DNA from: Octopus sinensis | Taxonomy: Eukaryota | Reading direction: 5' to 3' | NCBI RefSeq assembly: GCF_006345805.1 | Contig: NC_043012.1 | Coordinates: 28,830,001-28,894,000 of the forward strand | DNA length: 64,000 nucleotides | Part shown: piece by piece, positions 1-13,605 of the stretch | Numbering within the stretch: position 1 is the stretch's first letter | How the letters are laid out: each line of letters starts with the position of its first letter | The notes under the pieces: model-generated | What the model was told of the DNA's origin: nothing | The model's database searches: none | Seen by the model: only the letters and a program-made list of their open reading frames with translations | Translations under genes and position numbers: made by a program

Positions 1-74
<74 letters not shown>

Positions 75-100
75 CACATACACATATACATACATATGTA
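1..100. repeat. (TA)n/(TACA)n microsatellite
   Basis: Direct tandem repeat visible in sequence. Confidence 0.95.
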
Positions 101-924
101 TACGATAGTGTATCCGTGTGTGAGTGGATGTGTCTTTGGAATCCTGCGCGCGTACACTTAAGTTCTCTTTACAAACACATACTTCATGTTCAGATTTTAG
201 GTTTGAGAGTGATATGCGACAGTAAGATTTTTAAAATTTTGCCTGGTCTTTGTTGGGCAAAATGCTTTGTGTTCTTTTTCCCGGTTCTCTGTGTTCTGAG
301 TTCATATCTTACCGAGCTAAACTTTACTCCTCATCGATAAAATAAAATAACAGTCAAAGAAATAGATGGAAGCGTATAATCTCCTCCCTTCAAAAATTTC
401 TAGCCTTGTGCCTAAATTAGGAAGAATTATTTTGTCTAAAGAGGGAAATCTATTTGTTGTGTTCCTACTTTTCCCTTCCTATTTGTCTCACTCCTTCCCA
501 CTCTCCCTGCCCACTTCCTCTTTGAATCATTCCTGCCGAATGCCGTAAATACGTACGGTTATTTATCTCACAGATGTTAGCTATTTACTAAGAGCAGCAA
601 AAAATATACGAGAAAAAATAGATGAAAATAATTTACGAAATAATTTAGCACGCAACTATATAAAAGTTCAGCGTAATCATTAATGGTAAAAAATTATAAA
701 ATAAAATTAAAATATAGAACTTATTTGCCTTCCATATAATGCAGTTATAGGCAGATTTGATAACCTATTCTATTTCTTCGTTCTTAACTTGCCGTAAAAC
801 GTTCCTCCTAATGCAAAATAATTCAAATTTGTCTTTTATCCTTGTTTATAACAGCTTCCAGTGAACATTTTCTTAGGTATTTAAAAACTCACCAGAAAAT
901 GAATAATTATTTATATAGTTCATA

Positions 925-1076
925 GGCGCAGGAGTGGGTATGTGTAAGTAGCTTGCTTACCAACCACATGGTCCCGGGTTCAGTCTCAATGCGTGGCACC
1001 TTGGGCAAGTGTCTTCTACTATAGCCTCGGGTCGACCAAATACTTGTGAGTGGATTTGGCACACATACATATGTCG

Positions 1077-1116
<40 letters not shown>

Positions 1117-1368
1117 ATATGTGTGTGTGTTTGTGTGTGGGTATGTATATGTTTGTGTATGTGTTTGTCGCCCCAACATCGATTGACAACTGATGCTGGT
1201 GCGTTTACGTCCCCGTAACTTAGCTGTTCGGCAAAAGAGACCGATAGAATAAGTACTAGGCTTACAAAGAATAAGTCCTAGGGTCGATTTTCTCGACTAA
1301 AGGTGGTGTTCCAGCATGGCCACAGTCAAATGATTGAAACAAGAAAAAGAATAAAAAATAAAAAGAAT
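925..1368 (+). mobile_element. tRNA-headed SINE, family A, with internal TA/TG microsatellite
   Basis: Head ggcgcaggagtgg...ggttcagtctc (A/B-box-like). Body and tail (cagcatggccacagtcaaatgattgaaacaag, A-rich end) recur at about 34085-34430(-), 43728-44040(+), 58130-58180(-) and 59985-60100(-). Confidence 0.8.
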
Positions 1369-1734
1369 TTGAATCATTTTTGTTGATGTATCTTCGGGCC
1401 AAATATAGCAGTGCAACAATGCATTTTATTAAAGTGCAATTTATAAAAGTGCATTCTATAAAAGTACAATTTACAAGGAATCATATTACGTATTTAGAAA
1501 ACATTATTTTTTTTTTCTGACCTGGATAACGGCTCTCAATTCAGCTCTATTTCAAAGACTAAGGTCATCACTGACCTATGGAGGTCCGAAGTACTTCAAC
1601 CAAAATACCAACGGAATTCTGTCTTCGAATATCTCAACTTTTAAGAGCAATTAAAGGCTTTACTAGAATATTGGAGCAGATGAAAATGTTGTATCAACGA
1701 GTACTATATAACATTGAGTACTATATTGGCTTCA

Positions 1735-1921
1735 AATTTTGGCAAAAAGTCAGCAATTTGGGGGGAGGGTCAAGTCGATTACATTGACTCCAGTGCTCAA
1801 ATGATACTTATTTTATCCACCCTGAAAGGATGAAAGGCAAAGTCGACCCCGCTGGAATTTAAACTCAGAACGTAAAGACGGACGAAATGCTGCTAAGCAT
1901 TTTGAACGGCGCACTAACGAC
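1735..1921 (-). mobile_element. SINE family B fragment
   Basis: aaagtcgacc...ggaatttaaactcagaacgtaaagacggacgaaatgc is shared with 35590-35856, 36405-36555 and 36656-36858. Confidence 0.8.
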
Positions 1922-1924
1922 CAA

Positions 1925-2290
1925 ACTCAGTGTATTGTAGTAAAATAGAATATACAAAAACACGAAAATGATCTCATCTACAAAAAAAGCCACATGCCAG
2001 GTAGCTGCAAAATGAGCAAAAATAAATAAATCTACAAATTTATAAGCAAAAGAAAGATGTATACTTCATGGCTCTAACTTTGGACATACATATACCCTGC
2101 TTTCTCGTCAAGTGACAATACTCAAACAATAAAGAATGAATAAGCCTTGCAATTGTAATTGCTTTGTTTAGAACACCATCCTCCGAATCAAGGAAGTTGT
2201 ATTGATCGCAAAATATAACACAAAAATAACTCACAGACTGTAACTAAACTATTTCATGAATTCAAATGAAAACGGAACAGAACATTCTGA
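1925..2290 (-). pseudogene. Possible highly decayed secretin/adhesion-type 7TM relic (tentative)
   Basis: Minus frames give FHLNS*NSLVTVCELFL (TM2-like), NKAITIARLIHSLLF (TM3-like) and AATWHVAFFVDEIIFVFLYILFYYNTL (TM6-7-like). TM4-5 are missing; could be chance in T-rich DNA. Confidence 0.18.
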
Positions 2291-2479
2291 CGAAATAATG
2301 AATGTGGAACTAGTATATTATTCATGATGCTTATTCATGAAATATCCATAACGACTAAAAACGAAAATCATTTCTTCTCGAAGAGAAGAAAGGTTGACGT
2401 TGTCCCAAATAAAAGCTGATTCATAAATATATTTAAAATCCACGGTAAGATAATTAAAAAGTTAAAGCATTCATATCAG

Positions 2480-2723
2480 CAGGGCCGGTGCTAGGAAGTG
2501 CGAGGCCGAATTAGGTCAGTGGGGTCTCTACTCTGGGGAAGCTGGAGATTGATGTTTTATGCTTCGTGTAGTACCCCAATCCCAGCCAAAAAGTGTTGAG
2601 GGCTTGAGGCTCCACCATCAGACACAATCATATACTAAAACTTCATCATAACGTTCTCCGTTCGAGCGTGTGTAGGGGGCCTAATTTGAACAAATCTGAT
2701 CAATTGGCTTAAAACTGGACCTG
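2480..2723. mobile_element. Possible hAT-like MITE
   Basis: Ends cagggccgg / ctggacctg form an imperfect inverted pair; flanks atatcag / ataacag resemble a decayed TSD. Confidence 0.3.
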
Positions 2724-2884
2724 ATAACAGGGATGTGCTCCGTGAATTCATCAAATTCGGCTGTGCATACCCGAAATATAATTGTAAATATTAAAATATT
2801 TCATACAAGATGTAAATGTTTTCAACTCATTAAGATAATTCTGAATGAATGTCTGAAATTCTACGTATAATTCCCTGAAAGGGA

Positions 2885-4040
2885 GGGTGGAGGTCGCAGA
2901 AGTTTTTATGGCTTCTGTGATTACTTACCGCCTAACCATTGTACCTTGCCCCCTTTCGTGGCTGACCAAGTTGGAGCGTCTGCTCTTCCGCTTTTTGTAG
3001 AGTGGTAGAGCTCCTCTTGTACGGCGCTCTATTTGCTGTCACCACCCGCTAAAAGGTGGGCTAGGGATGCCTTGGCTGTTGATGCGCAGGCATGCACTGA
3101 GGCTAAGGCTCTACCTGGATGGTGAACAGGTGTGGTCTCCGTTCGCTCGTTCGTTACTTCCTAAGTTTACTAGTTTGAGTGAATTAGGACTTTGGATCAA
3201 GTGTAGACCAAAGTTGGGTGCTTGGCAAGTGGAGTATCGTCAAGTACTTTTGCTTCTCTCTCACACGGGCAACGCCAGCAGCAAGGGTTCCACCTCGGCT
3301 TTCTGTAAAGGGTTGATAGAGGCTAAGTGTGACGATGTCCTGGGAAGGATTCGAGGCTTCGACGAGGGTCAACTAGCCGTTCTGCTCCCCTTGTTCACCT
3401 TTGTGCACAAGATGCGAGCAGGACAGGGAAACCGTTCTGCACGCAATTGTGCAATGCCCCCAAATCTCTGAGATGTGGGTTTATGTTGAGCATATGGTAT
3501 CACGACTGGGAAGAGTACAACTGTCTTCCGAGTCAATTGTAAAGATTGTTGCTACTTCCTCTTTTAACAAAGAAAGCAAGGCTAGTTTTCTCGCTGTGGA
3601 CACTATTGAGAAAGAAGTGGCATGGCAGACCCGTGTGAAAGGAATCGTGACAGGCACCTTCCTCTCCAGCCTTGGGCTGGTCCATTTTCTTCATTTACCA
3701 TCTTAAGAGGAAAATGAGGATGGAGAGAAAATGCCTGTCGCTTGATGTATAATGGAAAAAGATGGAAGGCTATGGCGAATTTGTTGAGAATGAATCCGCA
3801 TAGTGTATACACAAGTTAATACTAAAGCTTACAGTGGTGACATGGGGATTGCGGAGTCGAAGCAAAACCTCTTCCCCACTTCACTGTATACGTATTTGTT
3901 TATCATTGTCTATCATCCGCTCTATCTAAATTTTTAACCCTTTATCTCTTTGTAAAATCATTCGTACTATCGCTCCCTCTCTTACCTGTATCGTCCCCTC
4001 TATGTTTGCCCCACCCCCACCCGGTGGGCAATAAAGAAAT
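2885..4040 (+). mobile_element. 5'-truncated Tx1/L1-clade LINE, diverged subfamily (ORF2 C-terminus plus 3'UTR)
   Basis: Colinear with 30600-32023: MPWLLMRRHALRL, zinc knuckle CTRC...HAIVQC, pyrimidine-rich 3'UTR ending aataaagaaa. Confidence 0.85.
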
Positions 4041-5580
4041 TGATGTAATTTACCAGTGATGACATCATCCTGACCTGAAACGGTCATAGATGGATCTTGT
4101 TTATAATATATATTTAACCTCGAAATTTAGCTATCACTTGTTTTTGTATTTTGACTTCGAACATCTTTTTATCTCGTAATTTCTATCTTATAATTTATAT
4201 GTCTAGGTGATTTTAGACGATTTATGCAGTTTGCCATTTTAAAATTGGCGTTTTTATTCCTAAATTTATCAACCTCTCGTTCAATTTGCACCTATATTTA
4301 TCATGCATAACTCCTGACATGTAATGTTTATTTACATGTAATTTTATATAATTTTTATATATTTTTATATATCTTCTATATTTTTCTGTATGTTTGGTTT
4401 TATATTCTTTATACCCTTGGATAATCTCTATACTTGTACATGCATGATCTATGCTGATGTGTATAAATATATATACTTCACCTACTTTGATTGAATGATT
4501 TGATTTATACGTTCAGGAATCTGCTTGTCTGCCTAAAATTTGCGTTTACAATTTTCTCTACTCTATTTTTTTTCACATTGACTCTGTGAACACTCCGTAA
4601 ACAGCCCATATATTTTAAAACATATTAAATATTATATATGTGTGTGTGTGTGTGTGTTTGTATGATATATTCACACATACAACCATGCTAACATGTAGGA
4701 GTGTCTGACAGTGTGTATGCGTGTATACGTGTGTGCATGTATATGTGTGCGAATGTATGCGTTTGTGTTGCGACGGCTGGCACCTCACATCTTGCTTTTT
4801 CAAATTTCAAGTTTCTGATCTTCAGATTGGATATTAAATACACTTTATATCTAATCTGGTGAAATTCGTTTAACGAGATGTGATATACCAGGTGTTACAG
4901 TCATAAATCACACTCTCCCTCTGGTACTGAATACTATTTTAATCTTTCTGTCTGTACTTCCGCACTCTGTATACACAGACAATATGTGTATGGTGTACGT
5001 GTTTATGTCTGTTAACTTATGCGTGTGTCAGTGTTACAAATGTAAGTAACTAATTCTCATTGTCACTTACATTTTTACTTAAAGATTCATTGTGATAAAT
5101 CCTTCTGTTTACAATATCCTTTATGAATGATTGCTGTCTATCCTGAATATTTTATTGTGACGCATTTCTTGTACATACACATATATGTAAATCTAATTAT
5201 ATGTATAATTAATTTATATATTTTATATAGAAGGATTAGATAGATATATATTCATATGGATAATGAAATCATATGTATTTTCTCAAAAGTTTATTATACA
5301 ACTGACATTATATAATTAATGTGTGTATAATTCTGCAAAGCGACTAGGTGGAAAGCACCTTCGAATCATCATTTTTTGGTTGCTAAGACACTACGTACAA
5401 TTTCGCACATAATTGATACATAATCATTAATTTAAATTTAATTAAATTCAAACATATGCTATTACTATTAAAGAAGGTTAAATACACCGTGCATACATAT
5501 ACAGGGCGTATATATACATATTTATACACATATTTGTACATATACATAGACACACACACACAGTCATATATATATATATA

Positions 5581-6712
5581 CTAGCAGCTTAGCCCGGCGT
5601 TGCCCGGGTATGTAAGAGCCCCTAGTAGGCAACGACTAATCCCAATCTAGTCCTTTCCCTCTAGGGAACGAAGGCGCATGTGTAGGTTGCAATGTCTTCT
5701 CTTCACTCCCAAATAACTATCAAACAGCTATCGATAATTCAACCCAACCAATTCCTACCAGGAAGAAATTACATTCGAGACTTTACCTCCAACACCGTCA
5801 CTTCTGCTAATAGCTGCTGCAGCCGCAAGTTATTCGAATACTTTTTTTGTTTAAACTTTCTTTATATCTACCACCCCAAACGTTTTACCTTAAATTTTTG
5901 CAAACTCTTGGTTTATTATAGACCGCTTTTGTCGTGTGCACCAAAAAACCTTTTCCATTCGTTTGTTCAGTTTGGTCACTTTTGACTTTTTCGTTGTTGT
6001 CACTCACATTGCTGCCCGCTTTTTTGCCGGTTTTGTACATTTTTATATATTTTGGGATACTTACCCCACATGTTCCGAGAGTTAAAAAGGTCGAGTTGCG
6101 TCCCCTAGACAGTCTGTGGTTTGTGTTCAATACACAAATTGGTTTGCTATGTGTGCCACATATGTTTTAATTAACTAATTTTTTCCAGTAATAAAGTATC
6201 CTATTGGAATCAAAAAGGCCATATAGCTCCTTGGAGCAGACATGATGCTCGCTGTGAATTTTAAAAAAATTCCTGCCAATTTGTGAAAGATATTGTCGAA
6301 AATATGTCATCTTGAATTTGAACGCGATTTCCAAAAATGGCCTGATTTTATCGATTTTTTCTGATGGTAAGGTATGGCAAGGAAAACTAACGTCAGAATT
6401 AAGTTTCTTAGGGTAACATTAAGCTTCACCATGAGTTTGGTGAAAATCGATTGCAAGTTGCGAAAACTACAACAGAAAATGTGTTGCATATAAAAAGCTT
6501 AGATTCTCGACCCCATGTCGAATTTATCAAATTTTTTCAGAACTGGGGGAACTTTTCAAAATTTTCGCTGCGTTAGTTTTGAATTATGACATTGGGCTAT
6601 GTGTGCGTCAAGTTTCATCAGAATCGGTTGAAAGCCGTGGTCAGGGTGAGGGTACAACCTGACAGACATACAGGCACACAGACAGACAAACTGCCGTTTA
6701 TATATAGAGAGA
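5581..6712 (-). mobile_element. Non-autonomous Helitron
   Basis: On minus strand: A|TC 5' end followed by (GTCT)n; 3' hairpin cccgg-gcaacg-ccggg then CTAG|T; no TSD. Confidence 0.8.
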
Positions 6713-7344
6713 TAGATAGTAAAGTCTTTTAGGTTATTGTATAGGCAGCAGTCAGAAGTGCTCAGATAAAAGAGACTAGACGCGAAAGTATATAAAAAAA
6801 TGTTATTAGAATATGCCAGTGTATCTGTCGTTAAAATATTAAAACACTAAAAATTCATGAATGCACAAATATATAAAAATCTAATACACATATATAAATA
6901 GATGAGTGAAATTAGGTTAGAACGGCGTTGTAAAAATTATGAAGAATAAAAGTATGTCCTAAAAAAAGGGGGGGAGTAAAGTCTTCCGAAGAGCGAATAA
7001 CAAAACATCGTAGCCTTGAGGTTGGAATATTTCAAAAAATTTGTAAATAATCCGAGGGAATAAGTAATCCTGTCTAGGTAAACTGTTAGTAGTAATCCTC
7101 TTACGGCTGTTTCAGGGGTACAGTAATCCTAAGGGTATTTTCACTCCAAAAATTGGATACTGCCTCCTTCATCGGAGAGTATATTATTCAGGATTTCACA
7201 TTTCGTGCGACTTTGTACTGGGTAGATGAGATTTAGTTATATAAGGAGGTACAGTTGTAAACAGGAAGAGGAAATATTATAACAAGGATCTATGAGAAAT
7301 GCGATGTAACAATGTGTGTGTGAGTGCGCATGTGATGTTATATG

Positions 7345-7352
7345 TGTGTGTA

Positions 7353-7417
<65 letters not shown>

Positions 7418-7467
7418 GTCTATATATCTATCTATATGTAGATATCTATATGTATGTATATATATAT

Positions 7468-7550
<83 letters not shown>

Positions 7551-7592
7551 TAGATAGATAGATACCAATATATATATGCTATTGCTATATAT

Positions 7593-7640
<48 letters not shown>
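7345..7640. repeat. Compound (TCTG)(CTAT)(TA)n microsatellite
   Basis: Direct tandem repeats. Confidence 0.95.
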
Positions 7641-7647
<7 letters not shown>

Positions 7648-7949
7648 GAGGGTACTATTATTCATAGGTACCGCACGCTAGGAGGGACTCTTGCAGTCAA
7701 AACTACTAAAATAAACAAATTATACCGAATGCAAAACTTCAAAGCAAGTCATTTAAAAACAGAATTTAGTTACATATCACCTGTGATTTCGCAATCAATG
7801 CAGAATATGCATTCTATGCTCTTCAGTGCAACGAACTCAAGACACTTGTCCTTACATGTTCAAAGTGGAAAAATTTACAGATTTTTTCTCTTACGAGGTT
7901 TTTCACGCTAACTACTGATAATTTCTTATAAAGATTTTATCCTTAATTT

Positions 7950-7953
<4 letters not shown>
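7641..7953. mobile_element. Partial copy of a TIR-bearing repeat embedded in (TA)n
   Basis: Internal part matches 18265-18470; about 7865-7953 is the reverse complement of the terminus at 18149-18235. Confidence 0.65.
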
Positions 7954-8040
<87 letters not shown>

Positions 8041-8043
<3 letters not shown>

Positions 8044-9140
8044 TGGGGGGAAATAAATATTCTTTCACGTTTGTTCCAATAATCTTATCAATTGTCATTT
8101 TAAGTAAAGAACTCACAAATTCAGTAAAAAACTTAATTATTGAACAGTGGAAAACGTAAAAGTAACAGGAAAATATCAGAGATCCTTTGTATTCCATTTT
8201 CTGCCATTTCTTCATTTATTCAAAGATATAAAAAATTGGGAACTGTTGAAAACAGAATAAGATCCGGTGCACCACGCAAGATTTCCCATAGATCTTTAAG
8301 ATAAATGAAGCAAAGAATCGAAAAAAAAAACCGCAATGATCACCAGAAAAGAGTTGCAAGAAGATTTGTTAGCTTCAGGGATTAGTGTTACTCTACGAAC
8401 AATCAGCTCTCCTAGAAAAACTCCGCTGTTGACTAAAAGGCATAGAGATGCCCATTTAAAATTTGTTTATGAACATAAAGATAAATCTGATACATTCTGG
8501 GAAAATGCTCTATGGACAGACGAGTCGAAAATTGAATTGTTTGAGCGAAATTCGCGTAGCCATGTTTGGAGGAAAGATGGTACCGCCTATTCGCCGAAAA
8601 ACACAATTCCTACCATAAAGTTTGGAGATGGCAACATCATGGTGTGGGGGTGTTTCTCTGCAAATGGTACTGGCAATTTACATGTGATAGATGGTAGAAT
8701 GAATGCAGAGATGAACCAAAATATTTTGAACAATAATTTATGAGACTCTGTAGAAAAGCTCCAGCTTTGTGAAGGGTGGGTTTTACAACAGGATAACGAC
8801 CCTAAGCACACGGCGAAGTCTACCAAAAAATGGATTGTCGATTACAATATAAAATTATTAGAATGGCCAAGCCAGTCACCTGACTTGAACCCCATTGAAA
8901 ATTTGTGGCGTAATTTGAAAATTAAAATTCATTCAAGAGCCCCAACGTGCATTACAGATTTGAAGAAAATTTGTCAAGAAGAATGGAAAAAAATTCTTAA
9001 AGAAATATGCGAGTCATTGATTAATAACTACAAGAAGAGATTGGTTGAAGTGGAACTGAATAATGGTTATGCTACGAAGTATTAAATCAGAATTATCAGT
9101 TATTTATGTTCTGTGCGAATACTTTTTTCACCCCTAAACA
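8041..9140 (+). mobile_element. Compact (about 1.1 kb) Tc1 DNA transposon
   Basis: TA|cagtggggggaaataaatattc left TIR; decayed right TIR near 9117-9138; transposase inside. Confidence 0.9.
8092..9085 (+). pseudogene. Tc1 DD34E transposase, disrupted
   Basis: GAPRKIS linker, WTDESK, QQDNDPKH, SPDLNPIENLW; 34 residues counted between second D and E; several in-frame stops (e.g. 8741) and frameshifts. Confidence 0.92.
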
Positions 9141-10282
9141 TATATAATTGAATATAAATTCCTTCTCTCCCTTGGATAACACTGGTGGCGTGGAGAGAGG
9201 AGGCTGGTATGCATAGGCGATTAATTAAAATTATATATATGTGTATATATATATATATATATATAGTTAGATAGATAGATAGATACACACACACATATAT
9301 ACGAGGCGAGTTTTTGGATAATTTTGGGTTTTTAAAAGTTGGAATTTTTTTATTGCTGGCGAAGGGCTGCGGCTGCGCAGTAGATTTTGAAAAAGTTAGG
9401 ATGTATATCAGAGGTATCCCACCTGATTGACCATTCTGTATTTTTATAAAATTTAAGTATAAAATATCTAGTAAATACCCAGTCTGGTCTTCCTTTTATA
9501 ACACTGTAAATCGAATAACCAAGTAAAGTTTCCTTTGTGTCTGTATGTAAAATGTATCAAATCGTGTAGGCAGTAGCCGTTCAGATGAACATTGTTAAAT
9601 TGTAATAATCAAATATATTTCAAACTGTCGTCTTAGTTGCTACTTAAACGAACAACATCAATATCCAGTTAAGCTTTCCATATGCTAGAAATAACTGCCA
9701 AAATTCATTCTATTCACACTACACTGTCCTAAAAGTGGAAAGGATACATTCGATTATTAAATAAAGTTGTCCTAGGTACCACTAAAAATGAGGGGTGGTC
9801 CTGGCTGGAATGGTTTTATGCCTACTCGATCAGATTTACCTGAAAGCTCATCAACAGCAACATCGTCGACGATAATGGTAGAGACATCCGCGCCGACTAA
9901 ATAGCGATACGATGATTATGATAGGGAATTCAATTAAAGAAGTATTTCACGTGAAAATGTAAGCAATTTCGCCTGAAAGATAACTGGAAAATCGGCATGA
10001 CAATGAAACTGAAGCCAAAACATATTCAGATCTGTTTAGCTCTGTTTTAGTAAATATCATACGATATCGTGTGCAGTGAAGCAAGTAACGTTGTGACAGG
10101 TACAACTGGTAAAAGAGGGAAATAAAGGAAGAAAAGATTGAAACGGTAACAGACAATGAGTGAGAGAGAGGAGGGAAAGAGAGAGCGAACGAAAATCAGC
10201 AGCAGCCGTTTAATGAAAGGAGATAAGTTGGGGGTATTATAGAGAGGGAGACGCAGATATTAGAGAGCTAGAGAGAGGGAGA

Positions 10283-10430
10283 AGAAGAAGAAGAAGAAGA
10301 AGAAGAAGAAGAAGAAGAAGAAGAAGAAGAAGAAGAAGAAGAAGAAGAAGAAAAAAAAAAAGAAGAAGAAGAAGAAGAAGAAGAAGAGAAGAAGAAGAAG
10401 AAGAAGAAAAAGAAGAAGAAGAAAAAGAAG
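10283..10430. repeat. (GAA)n microsatellite
   Basis: Direct tandem repeat. Confidence 0.95.
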
Positions 10431-10569
10431 ATCAAAAGTCAGAGAACGAATGAAGAGGGAGGAAGTAGAAGCAATAAGAGAAATGAGAAAACATTGAAAA
10501 TCAGTGAGGAAAGAAGTAGGTTAAGAGAAAAGGGCTGAGAAGAATAACGAAGAGAGGGAATGAAACATA

Positions 10570-10830
10570 TCTCTTATATAAAATCCGTTCTGTCTGTCTG
10601 TGTGTGTGTCTTCTAGGATCTCGGGCATCCTCCATCCGATTGCGCTCAAATTTGATATGCAGATACCGACGGTATGAGGACGTGTATAAGTCTTGAAAAA
10701 ATTACAAAAATCGATTCCAGGTGAGAATGCGATCGATAAAGCCGTAGGGAACGTGCATTTGCAAAATCGTTTTTCTTGGAATAGAAAAAAGTCTATCTTT
10801 ATTTCTTCTTTTGCTGGTGTCTCAAATTTA
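10570..10830 (+). mobile_element. Helitron 5' end fragment
   Basis: A|TCtcttatataaaa...(ctgt)n start resembles the 5' ends of the Helitrons at 23561(+) and 6712(-). Confidence 0.5.
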
Positions 10831-10954
10831 GATTAAATCAGTGGTTTCTCAAAGGGGAGGCCTATGGGACGGTCGGACAAGTTGCTTTGAGAAAATTCAG
10901 TTTAAATGTTTGATTACTCAACACTCTCCACTGGACGGGGACGTTTTGCTCGTG

Positions 10955-10991
<37 letters not shown>

Positions 10992-11352
10992 TGCGTGTGT
11001 GTGTGTGTGCGTGTGTGTGTGTGAGAGAGATATGGATAGATAGATAATCAAAAGAGCCGATAGTTTGAAAGCGACTGACTAGAGAACATAAAGAACAGGT
11101 GAATAATTTTTGTGTGTAGATTTGTGAGGGGAGGGTAATATATAAAAATAAAGAGAAGCTTACAGAGAGACAAGTAGAAACGAGATGTTAAATGAGAAAC
11201 ACATTTAATCAGAAGTCGACCCTGATCGGTATTGAGCAGAATATTTGCTGTTGCCCATCTTTTATACCAAGACAAAACAATGTACATGATAACACTTCCA
11301 ATCAGTTAAGACCAAAAACCACGAGAGCCACTGCCTGGTAAAGCATCAGGGC

Positions 11353-11355
<3 letters not shown>

Positions 11356-11446
<91 letters not shown>
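11356..11446. repeat. (ATT)n(GTT)n microsatellite
   Basis: Direct tandem repeat. Confidence 0.95.
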
Positions 11447-11459
11447 AAGGCGATACTTA

Positions 11460-12251
11460 TATCCTGCTTTTCCGAGTCTGTCATTCTTTCTCCATTATGT
11501 AATACTACTCAACTGTTATAGTAATTCTCGCATGCTTTGCTGTCCCCATCTCTACGTGTATCTCACAATATAAACAGTTCGCATGAAATAGTTGATCTCT
11601 TTTTCTGATTTTATAAATACTTTACATAAGATTATCCATAAACAGCAGGTCCGTTCCCGTTTTTTCCAGTTAGTAAATCACTCATTCTGCTGAAGCATTA
11701 TGTTGAGAATAGTCAGAGCAAAGACGAAGCGCAAAGAAGAAATCACGTCACCTTGAAAAAGCCCACGCTTGATATCAACAATTCCTAAACGGCCGTCGTT
11801 GAAAAATAGTGTAGTTCTACAGTTTTTCCTGTTCTTACTCCATAGATCTTTTACATTATCAGGCTTTTTTGCAGTTCCCCACACTAGTATTGTCGGTAGC
11901 CAGGTGAGATTTTATCCTTTGTAATAGTTTTCTGTATCCTTTGTGTATATACACATGTTCAGCAGTTATTCCTAGAAATTTCCATATCAAGTTAAGGCAT
12001 GTAATGTGACGATAATTAGTGACTACAAGACCCTTCGATGTATCTTTCATGATAAGGAATGTCTGTCCTTCAGCTATCCAGTCTGGTACCATACTATCAA
12101 AAGTAAATAGTCCGGACCAAAATGGCCGCATGTTCCTTGACCGGCCCAAAGCGTACGGTTTTTCAGCTGCAGTTTGCTTGATTGTTTGGGGGCGATGGGC
12201 GAGGGAGGATGCTAGACGGATTTCAATGCCTTGATCAATGGCTTGTCGCAA
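11460..12251 (-). mobile_element. R4/Dong-clade non-LTR RT fragment
   Basis: PDWIAEGQTFLIMKD..NYRHITCL, IKRGLFQGDVIS and LLFMDNL motifs; homologous to 37408-39236. Confidence 0.8.
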
Positions 12252-12314
12252 CTCTTGGCAAGAGAAGCGGAGTGTTGCGAAAAGACGATAACAGTCTTAG
12301 AAATAAAGGAAGGG

Positions 12315-13075
12315 ATGGTTGGCTGCAGTGAGTGGGGGAAATTGCCTGTTTGGATGGTCTGTCCTATTAGTTTTCTTTTTTTTTTTTTATTCGAGACTTG
12401 TTAGGAGACGTCTTGACAATTATCTGTAACAACCGGTAACAGAAAGGAAAATTTTCTAGTTTTCCGAGTCAAGGAATACTGGCACTGCCGAGAAAGACCC
12501 AAACAAGTGGTATCATATTGATCATTCTTTTAGCCTATGTGTCTAAGGCAGATGTCAAAATGCTGATAAAAATGTTGGCACTTGCTGTCGATAGTCAACT
12601 TAGTGATGTGCAAACATGCACTATAACAAACAGATCTATCCGCAACAATCTCCACCTTATGCGATACATTCAGTATCAATCGCTCAGTCCGTCAACATTG
12701 TCTCCCTTTGTATCTTGTGTATGTATAGACTCTTGAGTCACTCTCGTAGGAACTAGAGATGTTTAAGAACATCCACGCATGCTAGGTGTAGAAGAGCCGT
12801 GTTAGCATATGCGGACAGCGCCACCGTCATAGTCTTGAGCACCAGGCATATTGAGGTAATCGGGATTGATCCAAAGAACTATAAAGCTTTGACAGGAGCA
12901 AAGAATAGCCATGAAATATAAGTGGGCCTCCAGCTCGGCACCTGAAGAAATAGGTCCATGCTATCCAACAGCGTGATGGAGCACTGGATTGGTTAAATTT
13001 CTCCAAAAGAAGAAGAACTGAGATGAGGCGACAAGCAAGGTAACAAGCATTGACTCCAGAGAATTCAATGACACG
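12315..13075 (+). mobile_element. Decayed Tx1-like RT fragment with internal deletion
   Basis: Aligns by eye to 29500-29920 (RSIRNNLHLMRYI) and 30254-30560 (YADS for YADD). Confidence 0.8.
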
Positions 13076-13140
13076 CATAAGCAAAATAAGTTCAAATTAT
13101 GCTGTAAAAACAGCTCTCTAATGAAAACATTATGAATGCC

Positions 13141-13434
13141 ACTTAACGTATGTGTGTTGTTTAAACGCCAGAAGCTACGGTTTTTCGTCCGGGAAAAATT
13201 TCCCTAGCGATTTCGATATTGTTTCATAAGTGAAACGGGTACGGGGCATTGATAAACCGCAAATGCGGTGAAGTATGGAATCTTTCGTTCTCGTGCGCAC
13301 TTCTGGAGCGATATAATTTCGCCTGACTATGAATATATGTTTTTTGTTTGGTTTTTAACACCTTACGTCTTTAAACGAGTTTTTCTCGGAGGGAAAACTG
13401 CAACTTCTGGCATTAAACAACACATACGTTAAGT
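13141..13434. mobile_element. MITE-like element with about 55-bp imperfect TIRs
   Basis: acttaacgtatgtgtgttgtttaaacgccagaag versus cttctggcattaaacaacacatacgttaagt; no clear TSD. Confidence 0.6.
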
Positions 13435-13546
13435 AGGTGATATGAATAATGTTTTCCTTATACAGGTATTTCTATTGTATAATCTGTATGTGTGTGTGTG
13501 TTGTGTGTATATTGTGTGTATGTATATTTGTATATGTATGTGTGTT

Positions 13547-13605
13547 GCTTTATTTAAAGCAGCAGAAATTTCTGCTGTAGAATTTTCTGCTGCTTTAAAT
13601 AAAGC
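13547..13605. repeat. 59-bp hairpin with 22-bp perfect arms
   Basis: gctttatttaaagcagcagaaa and tttctgctgctttaaataaagc. Confidence 0.9.

Noticed and set aside
7299-8215. ORFs rich in YI, LSIY or CV repeats here and throughout (e.g. 34260-34777, 43992-44368, 48835-49547)
   Set aside because: Translations of TA, CTAT and TG microsatellites; no protein signal.
9301-9500. Mariner-like left end TA|cgagg
   Set aside because: No matching right end or coding remnant found.
10839-10900. Mini hAT-like element cagtggtttctcaaa...tttgagaaa
   Set aside because: Only 9 bp of inverted match and an unconvincing TSD.
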